A stretch of DNA of 64,000 nt from an uncultured Roseburia sp. (GTDB taxonomy: Bacteria; Bacillota; Clostridia; Lachnospirales; Lachnospiraceae), in the NCBI GenBank assembly GCA_900550935.1, contig URUD01000003.1:8951-72950 (forward strand). Reading direction: 5' to 3'. Below the pieces are notes generated by a model. That model worked only from the letters and a program-made list of their open reading frames with translations. It made no database searches and was not told the DNA's origin. Shown here in pieces: positions 53,382 to 63,447 of the stretch (position 1 is its first letter; every line of letters begins with the position of its first letter). The position numbers and the translations under genes are program-made.

Positions 53382-54578
53382 CTACTTGCCATATGGGAAA
53401 AACTCTTCGACTAAATCCTGCGGGGAGATCATAATGATGACATAATCATAATTTCCCTCATTGATCGTCTCCTCGTAATCCCCTGTAAAGTATCTCGGGT
53501 CGATCATATCCACCGTATGGCAGCGCAGAGAAGTAAACGCCGCAAACGGCACAGCGAAGGAGTCTTTGATAAAGCAGACATCGATACTGCCTGTTTCTTT
53601 TTCATTTACAATGTGCGAAAATGCAGGATTTCCGTACAGGTATGTCATATACATATCCGTGTCAAATGGTTTGCTGCTCTGTCTTATGACTGGTGTTGCC
53701 ATCAGCGCCTCCTCAAACCTGCCCTGAAACGTCAGATCCGGTTCGATCGTATTTTCATACACATAGGAAGTATCAAATTTCGGATAGATCAGCGTAAAAT
53801 CGTCGACACCGGCATAATATCTGCCTGTTTTCCTTCCCATTGATCCAAGAGAGATCTTATCATAGGTAATCTCATTGTAATTGCTCTCATCTTTATAAAA
53901 GTCGTCCGCATCCAGATCTTCTCCGAAGCTTTCATTCAACCAGTCTGATAACTCCCCGGCTGCCCAGAATGCAGTCTGGATTGTCCAGTGATGATCTGTC
54001 ACATAAAATGCCTCTGATAAATCCCTTCCGCTTTCGGAGAGATTTTCCCTCAGGTCAAGGTATGGGATCCCGTTTTCTTCAAGTCCCGCCAGAAAACCAT
54101 CTGCGGTCTCATTTGACATATGGTATGGAATACCCTTCGCAAATGTGGTGTAGCCTCTGATGTATTTATCCGGCGGCAGGACGTAGATCACTTTGGTCTT
54201 TTTCGTCTCGACCGCATCTGCCAGATTTCTGACACGTTCCACTAACTCCGAGGTGTCCTGTGGTTCCGTTGTAAAATAAGTATAATGCAGTTTTCCTTCC
54301 GTATCTTTTACCACTTCAAAATTGGATTCCTCGTTTTTGTTTAACAGCCGCTGTAAATATCCATACGCATCGACAAATGCATACCGCTCCATCGCATTTT
54401 CATTGATGCTACTGTCAATCTGATTAATTTTTTCAGAGGCAGAAAGATCACTGTCAAAAGATGTTATCGTCTCGATCAGAACCGGCAGCTCTTTTTTCGC
54501 ATTGACAAACGCATAGGCAAATAAAAGTATGAAAAAGAGCAGCGCAGTCCATCGTTTTTTTCCTAATAACCGTTCCAT
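53382..54578 (-). CDS. AlgX/AlgJ-like (DHHW) SGNH O-acetyltransferase
   Basis: FYVTDHHW, KDSF, IDPRY; N-terminal TM; follows an MBOAT gene. Confidence 0.85.
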   Translation of the reverse strand: MERLLGKKRWTALLFFILLFAYAFVNAKKELPVLIETITSFDSDLSASEKINQIDSSINENAMERYAFVDAYGYLQRLLNKNEESNFEVVKDTEGKLHYTYFTTEPQDTSELVERVRNLADAVETKKTKVIYVLPPDKYIRGYTTFAKGIPYHMSNETADGFLAGLEENGIPYLDLRENLSESGRDLSEAFYVTDHHWTIQTAFWAAGELSDWLNESFGEDLDADDFYKDESNYNEITYDKISLGSMGRKTGRYYAGVDDFTLIYPKFDTSYVYENTIEPDLTFQGRFEEALMATPVIRQSSKPFDTDMYMTYLYGNPAFSHIVNEKETGSIDVCFIKDSFAVPFAAFTSLRCHTVDMIDPRYFTGDYEETINEGNYDYVIIMISPQDLVEEFFPYGK

Positions 54579-54592
54579 AGTTCTCCCTTTCC

Positions 54593-56023
54593 TTAAAAAT
54601 TAAAATAGATAAACGGATTGTAGCTTCCCTTGATCAGGTAAGTCACACAAACCCAGAACATCGACAGCATAACTGCCGGATAGAGCACATTCATCACTGC
54701 TACCGGAACTTTTCCTGCTTTTTTCTCTGCGATCAGGTAGTTCATACGTTTTCCAAGCGGCATACAAAACAGGATACCCGCCACAAAAAAGATGCCATAC
54801 TCTTTCAGATACATAAATGCGTAATCGCTGAAAAAGCCAGCTCTGCCGAAGCCAAACATACATTTCAGATAATTTCCCGCATACACCAGATTTTCGCTGC
54901 GGAAAATGACCCAGCCGATCGTGACAAAAAACATCGTATAAAACCACCGCAGTGCGCCAAACCTGGTACGGTTCTCCAGATCGGTAAACCTCTCAAATAC
55001 CAGTGCTGCGAAATTCAAAAGTCCCCAGATAAAGAACGTCCACTCCGCACCGTGCCAGATACCGGTAAATACCCAGACAATGAGCATATTCCGGAGCACG
55101 ATATCCATATTTTTCACGCGGGAGCCTCCCAGTGGAAAATAGATGTACTCCTTAAACCAGGTTCCAAGTGAGATATGCCAGCGTCTCCAAAACTCTCCGA
55201 TTGACCGGGAAATATAAGGATAGTTGAAGTTCTCCTCGAACTTAAAGCCAAACATCAGTCCCAGTCCGATCGCCATATCCGAATAACCGGAAAAGTCGTA
55301 TAAGATCTGTAAGGTGTATGCGATTGCCCCCACCCATGCAAGTGTGACCGGACACCAGCCCTGCTGGTAATTGTCAAAAATACGGTCTGCAACAATGGCA
55401 AAATTGTTGGCAAGCAATACTTTTTTGCCCATTCCGGTAATAAAACGGCAGGTACCGACCGAGAATTTATCCAACGTCTCTTTCCGGTTTATCATCTGGT
55501 CTGCGATCGTCTCATACCGCACGATCGGTCCTGCGACAAGCTGTGGGAAAAAGGAAATATAAAGTGCCACATAAAACGGATTTTTCTGGACTTCTCCATT
55601 TCCCCGGTATACGTCAATGACATAGGACATTGCCTGGAAGGTAAAAAACGAAATACCGATCGGGAGGGCAAGCCCAAGCAGCGGGATGTTCCCGTCCGCC
55701 GCCTGATTGATGTTGCGTATCACAAAGTCCAGATACTTAAACACAAACAGCAGTCCGATATTTAAGACGACCGTTACAAAGATGATAAACTTTGCCACAC
55801 CCTTTTTCTCCCGGTAACGGTCGACCAAAAGGGCAAGCACATAGTTTCCCACGATCGAAGCTAACATGACAAATACGAACCATGGTTCTCCCCAGGCATA
55901 AAAAAACAGACTGGCAGCCAGAAGGATCATATTTTTGATCGGTACATTCCAGCGAAACAGATAATACAGTACCAATACCACCGGAAGGAAATAAAATAAA
56001 AATGTTATACTGGAAAATAGCAT
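54593..56023 (-). CDS. MBOAT family O-acyltransferase (AlgI/WssH-like)
   Basis: LPIGISFFTFQ, DFSGYSDMAIG, ENFNYPY, FWRRWHISL, GIWHGA. Confidence 0.95.
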   Translation of the reverse strand: MLFSSITFLFYFLPVVLVLYYLFRWNVPIKNMILLAASLFFYAWGEPWFVFVMLASIVGNYVLALLVDRYREKKGVAKFIIFVTVVLNIGLLFVFKYLDFVIRNINQAADGNIPLLGLALPIGISFFTFQAMSYVIDVYRGNGEVQKNPFYVALYISFFPQLVAGPIVRYETIADQMINRKETLDKFSVGTCRFITGMGKKVLLANNFAIVADRIFDNYQQGWCPVTLAWVGAIAYTLQILYDFSGYSDMAIGLGLMFGFKFEENFNYPYISRSIGEFWRRWHISLGTWFKEYIYFPLGGSRVKNMDIVLRNMLIVWVFTGIWHGAEWTFFIWGLLNFAALVFERFTDLENRTRFGALRWFYTMFFVTIGWVIFRSENLVYAGNYLKCMFGFGRAGFFSDYAFMYLKEYGIFFVAGILFCMPLGKRMNYLIAEKKAGKVPVAVMNVLYPAVMLSMFWVCVTYLIKGSYNPFIYFNF

Positions 56024-57108
56024 TACTCTTTTCTCCCTGCCTTTCTTCTCATCACAATATAATAGATCAAAACGGCTGCAGTAAGGATCACTCCTGCCAC
56101 CCGCACGATGTTCAGTGCCTTAGCTGTCACAAGGAATGCCAATTTTCCATCCACCGGTGCAATCTCCTGCGGCGATGCGATTGATGCATCATATCCGTTT
56201 TCCGTATGTATGCTTTCCGTCCAGGATGACTGCAGGGTGATCTTTTTTTCTTCCTTTAAACCATCCGCGGTCTGCGCAACCAGTGTAATTTCTTCCTCTG
56301 CTGCTCCCGCTTTTACGACCAGCCAGCCTTCATCTGTCAGTTCGATTTCTTTTGTGTCTTCCTTTAAGGACAGGGAAACGACTGCTTTTTTCCGTTCGCC
56401 AAACAGATTATAAGTCTCTGCATCATACTGGGTCTCACTCTCTCCCACTTTTGCCTTTCTGATCTCATCCGGGCCATTTAACAAAAGTCCTGCAGTCTCT
56501 TTGGGATCGGTTCCATCCTCTTTGATCGCTGCATCTGTAAAATCGATCCGGTAGGCATTTTGATCTTCCGCCACACATACCAGACCATAACCCATGATCT
56601 CATCCAGTCCGTCTTCTGCCAGAAGTTCCAAAGGCACTTCCAGTTCTCCCTCAAAGCCCGCAGGGATGGCAAAGCATCCCTGTTCGGTCGGTGCGGTATC
56701 TGTTGTCTTATCCCGCAGAACGACATAACAGCCGTCCGAAACAGTATGGATTTCGCCCGCTGCATCAATTATTTCAATATTCATGCGGACCGGCGTTTTG
56801 GAATCATTTTTTATGGTAAGCAAAAGACTGCTCTGCTGCTCTATTTTTCTGACATGCTCATCACAGAACACGGTAACGGTGTGATATCCGTCTTTTTCGT
56901 ACTGATATTCCATGTGAAGTCCGCTGCCGTCTTCCGACTCCTTAATGGAAATGATTCCGTCCTCATCGCCACCCTGTTTTGCCCTCGAAAAGCTTAAATT
57001 ATCTTCTGCAAAAACTGTCTCTCCTGTCCATGCGATACTCGCACCAAACAGCGCAGCCAACAGGATTCCTTTCCCTGCCTGCTTAAGTTTTTTTCCTATC
57101 ATATTCAT
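56023..57108 (-). CDS. Exported protein with C-terminal TM anchor; putative synthase co-subunit (CcsB/BcsB-like position)
   Basis: Signal-like N-terminus; C-terminal TM followed by RRK; between synthase and MBOAT. Confidence 0.6.
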   Translation of the reverse strand: MNMIGKKLKQAGKGILLAALFGASIAWTGETVFAEDNLSFSRAKQGGDEDGIISIKESEDGSGLHMEYQYEKDGYHTVTVFCDEHVRKIEQQSSLLLTIKNDSKTPVRMNIEIIDAAGEIHTVSDGCYVVLRDKTTDTAPTEQGCFAIPAGFEGELEVPLELLAEDGLDEIMGYGLVCVAEDQNAYRIDFTDAAIKEDGTDPKETAGLLLNGPDEIRKAKVGESETQYDAETYNLFGERKKAVVSLSLKEDTKEIELTDEGWLVVKAGAAEEEITLVAQTADGLKEEKKITLQSSWTESIHTENGYDASIASPQEIAPVDGKLAFLVTAKALNIVRVAGVILTAAVLIYYIVMRRKAGRKE

Positions 57109-57121
57109 GCCTTTCTCCTGT

Positions 57122-59431
57122 TTATAAATGTTCCAGTTCTGAGAACTCATCTTCTGCCTTCATGCGTTTTCTCTTATTGGAAACGGTCTGTTCCAGCTGA
57201 GCCGGGCTGCTCTGTCCAAGCTGCTCCCTGATCCAGGAATCAACCGCCTCATGGAGTTTTTTGTTCTCATAGAGTTCCGCTTCGTTTAACACGCGGTATA
57301 AAAGCAGACCCTCCTGCGTTTCCTTACAAAATTCCAGTGACAGACCAAGTCCCTCTTTTATTTTTAACTCCATTTTATCCGGCATCCAGTTTTCTCTTTT
57401 TAACAATGCATAGTCGTAATTGTAATCAACCAGCACAACCTTCTGTTTCTTATCCGTTTCAAAGATCTTATTGACCGGAATCCTTGCCTTCTTTCTGTTA
57501 TGGTACTCAGTCGTATAGATCCTTCGTTTGACATTCGTTCTTAAGTCTTCAAAACTGCTCTGCGATTCATCCAGGTTCTCCGGCAAAGACGGCACTCTGT
57601 CATAGATCATCTGGAAATAGTCTGCCTTGTCATCTTTATAATCCGTAACCACAAACGCATAACGGTATTCCTTTTCCTTGCGGCTGACTGAAACCACGCG
57701 TACCTCGACCGTTGCCTGGTAATGCTCATTTTTCAGTACAAGTGTGACCGTCTCCTGCTCTGCGATATCATGCGGCTCTTTTAACAATATAGACAGACCG
57801 CCCTCTGCGATGTCCTCTGTCACACCATCCTCTTCCTCGAATCTGGTTTTCATGCGACATGGAATGGCGGCACGCTGACGCTCGGCACTTCGCACTGCTT
57901 TTCTTCCCAAAATAAAGAATAACGACATGACCAGATTGTAGAAGTTTAATAACAGCCAGAACAAAATGACCAGATAATCGATCTGTCCAGTTGTAAAAGT
58001 CCAGTCGATACACCTTGCGATTCCGATGATGGACAATACGATCAGGATAAAATGCGGGATCGCGTACGGCCAGTTCTTCTGTTCCTGTGCATCCCCACCC
58101 TTTTTTGTCACCTTGAATTTTTTCATACTGATTCCAAATGTCTCTAATAAAGTCGGGATCAGCAGAAACGGGAAAATGATCGTCTCGTAAAGATTCGTCC
58201 ATCTCGTTGTCCTGATATTACGGCTCATCATCTTAAGGGAAATGTTACTGCTGATATACATCGGCAGCCAGAAGATCAGCACTTCTAACAGGGTACATTT
58301 GACCACGACCACATCAAAGGTTGCAAATAAGATCGGTGACATGATATAGATCAGACGTTTCCATGAAGCATACCAGTACCAGACAGATGCCATGTAATTG
58401 ATTTTCTGTGTAAATTTCAGTTTCGGATTTAAGATCAGATGCATCTTGCGCCCGGTCTGGATACATCCTCTTGCCCAGCGCACCCTCTGATTGATCAGGC
58501 TCTTTAAGTCCGTCGGTGACAGACCGGATGCCAGTACCTGATTGATGGCATAGCAGTGGTATCCCTTTGCCTGGATCAAAATTCCGGTTGCAAAATCCTC
58601 TGTGATGCTGTTCGTATAAAAGCCTCCGACATCATTGAGTGCCTCTCGCGAGATCAGCGTATTGGAGCCTCCATAAATGACGCAGTTGCTCTTATTTCTT
58701 GAAATCTGCACATCTTTGTAAAAGTAATCCTGTTCATTCGGAATTTTATTCTCTGCAAACAGGTTAAATTGAAACAGATCTGGATTGTAAAAGCTCTGTG
58801 GAGTCTGGATAAATCCAAGTTTTATTTTATCCTTGTCATCTAAGTCTCTGTTTTTAATCTCCCGGTCTACAAAGTAGGCGACCGTGACCATCAAAAAGTC
58901 CCGTTTCGGTATCATGTCGGCATCAAACGTTGCAATAAGCGGCGCATGAGTCACAGACATCGCATGGTTTAGATTACCTGCCTTTGCACCTTTGTGGTCC
59001 TCACGGTCAATATAGCCCACGCCCATCTGTTCTGCCAGTTCCCTGATCTCCTGCCTCTTTCCATCATCACACAGATAGATATGTACCTTCTTTTTGTCCG
59101 GATAATCCATGTGAACACAGCCGTTTACGGTCTTATATAATAAGTCTGCCGGCTCATTATAGGTCGCAATAAATACATCAACCTCCGGGTATTCTTCCTC
59201 GGGAACGATCGGAACCTCATAGTTCTCAATCTTATGCATATTAAAATAGTGGACAAACGCCTCAAGCATTCCAAGGATCTCTACCACCAGCAGTGAAACA
59301 CCGGCAAAGGTAGACACCCATCCATATTCCGTCGGAACCGTATAAAATGTTCTCCACCATAAATAAACTAAAGTCCAGGCAATATTAAAAAACAGCCATG
59401 CCCGGTTTCTGATCGCCTTTCCATTCTTCAT
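57122..59431 (-). CDS. bcsA: Cellulose synthase catalytic subunit-like GT2 with PilZ domain
   Basis: DDG, KAGNLN, FDAD, QTPQ, TED, QRVRW; PilZ RSAER...DIAEGG. Confidence 0.88.
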   Translation of the reverse strand: MKNGKAIRNRAWLFFNIAWTLVYLWWRTFYTVPTEYGWVSTFAGVSLLVVEILGMLEAFVHYFNMHKIENYEVPIVPEEEYPEVDVFIATYNEPADLLYKTVNGCVHMDYPDKKKVHIYLCDDGKRQEIRELAEQMGVGYIDREDHKGAKAGNLNHAMSVTHAPLIATFDADMIPKRDFLMVTVAYFVDREIKNRDLDDKDKIKLGFIQTPQSFYNPDLFQFNLFAENKIPNEQDYFYKDVQISRNKSNCVIYGGSNTLISREALNDVGGFYTNSITEDFATGILIQAKGYHCYAINQVLASGLSPTDLKSLINQRVRWARGCIQTGRKMHLILNPKLKFTQKINYMASVWYWYASWKRLIYIMSPILFATFDVVVVKCTLLEVLIFWLPMYISSNISLKMMSRNIRTTRWTNLYETIIFPFLLIPTLLETFGISMKKFKVTKKGGDAQEQKNWPYAIPHFILIVLSIIGIARCIDWTFTTGQIDYLVILFWLLLNFYNLVMSLFFILGRKAVRSAERQRAAIPCRMKTRFEEEDGVTEDIAEGGLSILLKEPHDIAEQETVTLVLKNEHYQATVEVRVVSVSRKEKEYRYAFVVTDYKDDKADYFQMIYDRVPSLPENLDESQSSFEDLRTNVKRRIYTTEYHNRKKARIPVNKIFETDKKQKVVLVDYNYDYALLKRENWMPDKMELKIKEGLGLSLEFCKETQEGLLLYRVLNEAELYENKKLHEAVDSWIREQLGQSSPAQLEQTVSNKRKRMKAEDEFSELEHL

Positions 59432-59524
59432 TTTTTCTTTCCTTTCTTTTGGCACTGCACTAACATCTTATTCTTCTCTATGCTTGTTAGAACAGCCTTT
59501 TTATTATAACTTTTTTTCAGGAAA

Positions 59525-59564
59525 AAACAGGCTTTTTGCATCTTTTTCTGCAAAAAGCCTGTTT
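59525..59564 (-). terminator. Intrinsic terminator after dapF-like gene
   Basis: AAACAGGCTTTTTGCA-N8-TGCAAAAAGCCTGTTT. Confidence 0.8.
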
Positions 59565-59565
59565 C

Positions 59566-60411
59566 TCAGGTAAAAAATGTCTCTTCTACTATAATCTTCC
59601 CTACATACACGACCGGACCGGTCATAAATATTCTTCCGTCTTCTGCAAACTCTATGGCAAGCTCTCCGCCTTTCATATGAACCGTCACCTGATCTCCTAC
59701 CAGTCCAAGGCGGTGTGATGCCGCTGCTGCCGCACAGGCACCCGTTCCTGAGGCATATGTATAGCCTGCCCCTCTTTCGTATATTTCAATCTGTATATTT
59801 TCCCGATCAAGCACTCTGCACAGCTGCATATTGATACGGTTGGGAAAATACTTGGAATTTTCTACATATGGTCCTAACTGCATTGCTTTTTTGGCATTGA
59901 CTTCTTCTAATAAGATCACGCAGTTTGGATTTCCCATTGAAACACAGGTCGCATTGTAAAAATTATCGCAAAAAAAGATTGCTTCATTTGTGATCTCCTC
60001 ACCAAATCCAACTGCAGGTATCTTCTCCGCCTGAAATTCCGGATATCCCATATCGACCCGCATCCGGTTTCCCATCTCATCTAAAAAGGTGATCTGTGTC
60101 TCTCCTGCATTGGTCGTGAGTGTATAATTGTCCTCTTTTATATATCCTGCATCTTTTAAATATCTTGAAAAAATCCGGATGCCATTTCCGCTTTTTTCTG
60201 CTTCACTTCCATCCGGATTAAAAATTCGTACTTTTATTGTTTCCTGTTCGAATAATGGTCCATAGAGCACCCCATCTGCACCCACACCAATATTGCGCTT
60301 ACATAGCTGCCTTACAAAACGTTCCTGCAATATGGTTTTGTTAACAGTGGGATCATAGACAAGATAATCATTTCCAATACCGTGGTATTTGCGCAGTACA
60401 ATCTCTGCCAT
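59566..60411 (-). CDS. dapF: Diaminopimelate epimerase-like protein (Ser in both catalytic positions)
   Basis: KYHGIGNDY, GVGADG, NPDGSEAEKSGNG, MGNPNC, YERGAGYTYASGTG. Confidence 0.75.
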   Translation of the reverse strand: MAEIVLRKYHGIGNDYLVYDPTVNKTILQERFVRQLCKRNIGVGADGVLYGPLFEQETIKVRIFNPDGSEAEKSGNGIRIFSRYLKDAGYIKEDNYTLTTNAGETQITFLDEMGNRMRVDMGYPEFQAEKIPAVGFGEEITNEAIFFCDNFYNATCVSMGNPNCVILLEEVNAKKAMQLGPYVENSKYFPNRINMQLCRVLDRENIQIEIYERGAGYTYASGTGACAAAAASHRLGLVGDQVTVHMKGGELAIEFAEDGRIFMTGPVVYVGKIIVEETFFT

Positions 60412-60465
60412 AAATACCCCCATTTTTTCTCTCTTATTCTATTCTATGCACCAGCTTATCTCCTG

Positions 60466-60786
60466 TCACTCTTTTTCCTTATTTTCGTCAATCAGATGTC
60501 TGAGGTTTTCGGATTTTTCATGCAGGATCTTATCGATCTGACCCTTGGTAACCTCATCCTTTACATCACTCTTTCCATAAACACCAGAGTATGCCCCTGT
60601 TGTATAGTTATAATCCTCTTCGGACGGTAACTGGCTCTCATTGCTTTCTACAACTTCCTGCTCTTCTTCCATCTTCTCCGATTCAACCGGCTCCGGCTGT
60701 TTTGGAATATAGTTGACATTCCAGTATTTTATGATGCTTCTACTGATTCTCTCACGTTCATTTCTCTCATCAATCAAATCTTTCAT
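60466..60786 (-). CDS. Hypothetical acidic protein
   Basis: Open frame with GGAG RBS, co-directional with dapF; no recognised motif. Confidence 0.6.
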   Translation of the reverse strand: MKDLIDERNERERISRSIIKYWNVNYIPKQPEPVESEKMEEEQEVVESNESQLPSEEDYNYTTGAYSGVYGKSDVKDEVTKGQIDKILHEKSENLRHLIDENKEKE

Positions 60787-60923
60787 AGTCACTGCTCCAA
60801 TGCTTTTTCAATCTAGTTCTTTAGTATTTTACCATTATTTTCTCATAAAAAAAAGTTACTTTCTGAATAAAATGTATGAAATTGAAGCATCCTTTTAATA
60901 AAAATCCCGGAGGTACTTACATC

Positions 60924-61703
60924 ATGGCTTCATACAAAGTTGAAATCTGCGGTGTCAACACTGCTAAGCTCCCTATTTTAAAAGAAGAAGAAAAGGATGC
61001 TCTTTTTGTACGGATCAAACAGGGAGATCTGCAAGCCAGGGAAACTTACATCAAGGGAAATCTCCGGCTTGTTTTAAGTGTCATCAAACGCTTTTCCGGC
61101 AACCATGAAAATGTAGATGACCTCTTTCAGATCGGCTGCATCGGTCTGATCAAATCCATTGATAATTTTGACCCGACTATGGGAGTCAGGTTTTCCACCT
61201 ACGCTGTTCCTATGATTATAGGTGAAATACGACGTTATCTGCGTGACAACAATTCCATCCGCGTCAGTCGCTCCCTGCGTGATACCGCGTATAAAGCCAT
61301 CCATGCCAAAGAAGTTCTCTCCCACACTTCCACCAGGGAACCCACCTTAGATGAGATTGCCCAAGAAGCAGGACTCTCCAAAGATGAGATCGTTTTCGCC
61401 CTCGATGCCATCCAAAGCCCAATCAGCCTCTACGATCCGGTCTATACCGATGGCGGTGACACACTGTATGTGATGGACCAGATCAGTGATAAAAAGAACC
61501 GGGAGGACAACTGGGTCGAGGAACTTTCCTTAAATGATGCCCTCGATCATCTGGGTGAACGCGAAAATTATATTTTAAAACTGCGCTTTTTTGAAGGAAA
61601 AACGCAGATGGAGGTTGCAGAAGAGATCCACATCTCACAGGCACAGGTCAGCCGGCTGGAAAAGTCTGCCTTAAAATCCATCCGGCATTATCTGTCCCTT
61701 TAA
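60924..61703 (+). CDS. sigG: RNA polymerase sporulation sigma factor G
   Basis: KVEICGVNTAKLP N-terminus, DDLFQIGCIGL, GKTQMEVA..SQAQVSRLEK. Confidence 0.96.
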   Translation: MASYKVEICGVNTAKLPILKEEEKDALFVRIKQGDLQARETYIKGNLRLVLSVIKRFSGNHENVDDLFQIGCIGLIKSIDNFDPTMGVRFSTYAVPMIIGEIRRYLRDNNSIRVSRSLRDTAYKAIHAKEVLSHTSTREPTLDEIAQEAGLSKDEIVFALDAIQSPISLYDPVYTDGGDTLYVMDQISDKKNREDNWVEELSLNDALDHLGERENYILKLRFFEGKTQMEVAEEIHISQAQVSRLEKSALKSIRHYLSL

Positions 61704-61704
61704 A

Positions 61705-63312
61705 CTATCTGTCCCATTTATTACACAGCGCATTGATCTGGTCTGCAAAACGGCCAAGTTCTTTGTTCGGCATACCCTCGCACTTGTTGATAACCGTAAG
61801 CAACCGCTGTCCTGCAGCAAGAAGTCTTGCAAATACATTGTTTGCCACACGTGAATTCTGTTTGTCTTTCTTCTTTTCCACCTGCTGTCTGGAACCCTCT
61901 TTGACACATTCCCCTGTCATGAGGTCAAATGTATCTCCGCTGTATGGTGCATAGGCATCATAGCCCAGGGTATCATGAAGGTGTGCTGCGAACTGCTCCG
62001 TGACCTTGTCATCTCCGTGTACCACAAATACTTTCTTTGGTTTCTGCTCAAATGCTGCCGCCCATCTGGTAAGCTGATTGATATCCGCATGACCGCTGAT
62101 GCCCGGTAAATTCTCAATCCGCGCCTTTACCTCGATCGTCTCACCGAACAGCTTCACCTCTTTTGCTCCATTTAACAGGGAATGTCCGAGTGTGCCAGGC
62201 ACCTGGAATCCAACAAACAGAATCGTTGAATCAGCTCTCCACAGATTATGTTTTAAGTGGTGTCTGATACGTCCAGCCTCACACATACCGGAAGCAGAAA
62301 TGATAACCTTTGGCTTGTCGTTGAAGTTGATCATCTTGGATTCATCACTGGTGATTGCCATCCGAAGTCCTGGAAACCCGATCGGGTTAATGCCCTGATG
62401 TACCAGTTCGAGTGCGGTCTCATCAAAACAGTCCTCCACGTTTTTATTGAAAATAGAGGTTGCCTCCACAGCAAGCGGGCTATCCACATATACTTCAAAA
62501 TTCTCATATTCCGGCAGAAGATGTTCGTTTTTGATCCGCCGTATAAAATAGAGCATTTCCTGCGTACGTCCAACGGAAAATGCCGGAATGACAAGATTTC
62601 CGCCACGAGTAAACGTATCTTTTAATACCTCTGCCAGCCTGACTGCAAAATCCGGCGGTGTCTGATGTTCCCTGTCTCCATAAGTAGACTCCATCACGAC
62701 GTAATCTGCTTCTTTGATGTATTCCGGGTCTTTGATCAGTGGACGGTTTCCTGGTCCGATATCACCGGAAAAGACGATCTTTACTTCTTTGTCCTCTTCC
62801 TGTACCCACATCTCGATGCTCGAAGAACCAAGCAAATGCCCTGCATCTACAAAACGTACTTTTAACCCGTCACACACTTCGACGATATGTTGATACTCAC
62901 ATGGTACAAAATGTCCCAGAACCCCCATCGCATCATTCATATCATAGAGTGGCACGATTTCCGGCAATCCGGCTCTCTTTGCCTTACGATTTCTCCACTC
63001 TGCCTCAAACATCTGAATATGTGCACTGTCCTTTAACATGATCTCACATAACTGATTCGTTGCTATGGTACAGAAGATCTGTCCCCGGAATCCATGATTG
63101 TAAAGCAGCGGTAATAAACCGGAGTGATCGATATGTGCATGTGTCACAAATACATAATCAATATCGGAAGCATTGACCGGTATCTCCTGATTCACATAAA
63201 GATCTGCTCCCTGTTCCATACCACAATCTACTAAAATCCGCTTATCCCCAAAGCTGAGAAAATGGCAACTGCCTGTAACCTCATGTGCCGCGCCTAAAAA
63301 CTCTAATAACAT
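61705..63312 (-). CDS. Metallo-beta-lactamase/beta-CASP RNA-processing nuclease
   Basis: GAAHEVTGSCH, THAHIDHSG, AGHLLGS, MESTYG, SGHAD, VHG. Confidence 0.92.
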   Translation of the reverse strand: MLLEFLGAAHEVTGSCHFLSFGDKRILVDCGMEQGADLYVNQEIPVNASDIDYVFVTHAHIDHSGLLPLLYNHGFRGQIFCTIATNQLCEIMLKDSAHIQMFEAEWRNRKAKRAGLPEIVPLYDMNDAMGVLGHFVPCEYQHIVEVCDGLKVRFVDAGHLLGSSSIEMWVQEEDKEVKIVFSGDIGPGNRPLIKDPEYIKEADYVVMESTYGDREHQTPPDFAVRLAEVLKDTFTRGGNLVIPAFSVGRTQEMLYFIRRIKNEHLLPEYENFEVYVDSPLAVEATSIFNKNVEDCFDETALELVHQGINPIGFPGLRMAITSDESKMINFNDKPKVIISASGMCEAGRIRHHLKHNLWRADSTILFVGFQVPGTLGHSLLNGAKEVKLFGETIEVKARIENLPGISGHADINQLTRWAAAFEQKPKKVFVVHGDDKVTEQFAAHLHDTLGYDAYAPYSGDTFDLMTGECVKEGSRQQVEKKKDKQNSRVANNVFARLLAAGQRLLTVINKCEGMPNKELGRFADQINALCNKWDR

Positions 63313-63447
63313 AAGCTGTCCCCTCCTATCTGTCCTGTTGCAGTCCATATCCATCTGCATTTTTATAGTATATATTATACTATTTTTCAGACATTTTTAC
63401 AATATTTTCTCACAATTTACACAAAAAGGATATTGGTGACACAGGGC

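Noticed and set aside
59432..59524. c-di-GMP riboswitch or phase-variable tract upstream of the cellulose synthase
   Set aside because: No riboswitch consensus is visible, and the T7 run has no clear -35 to define a promoter spacer
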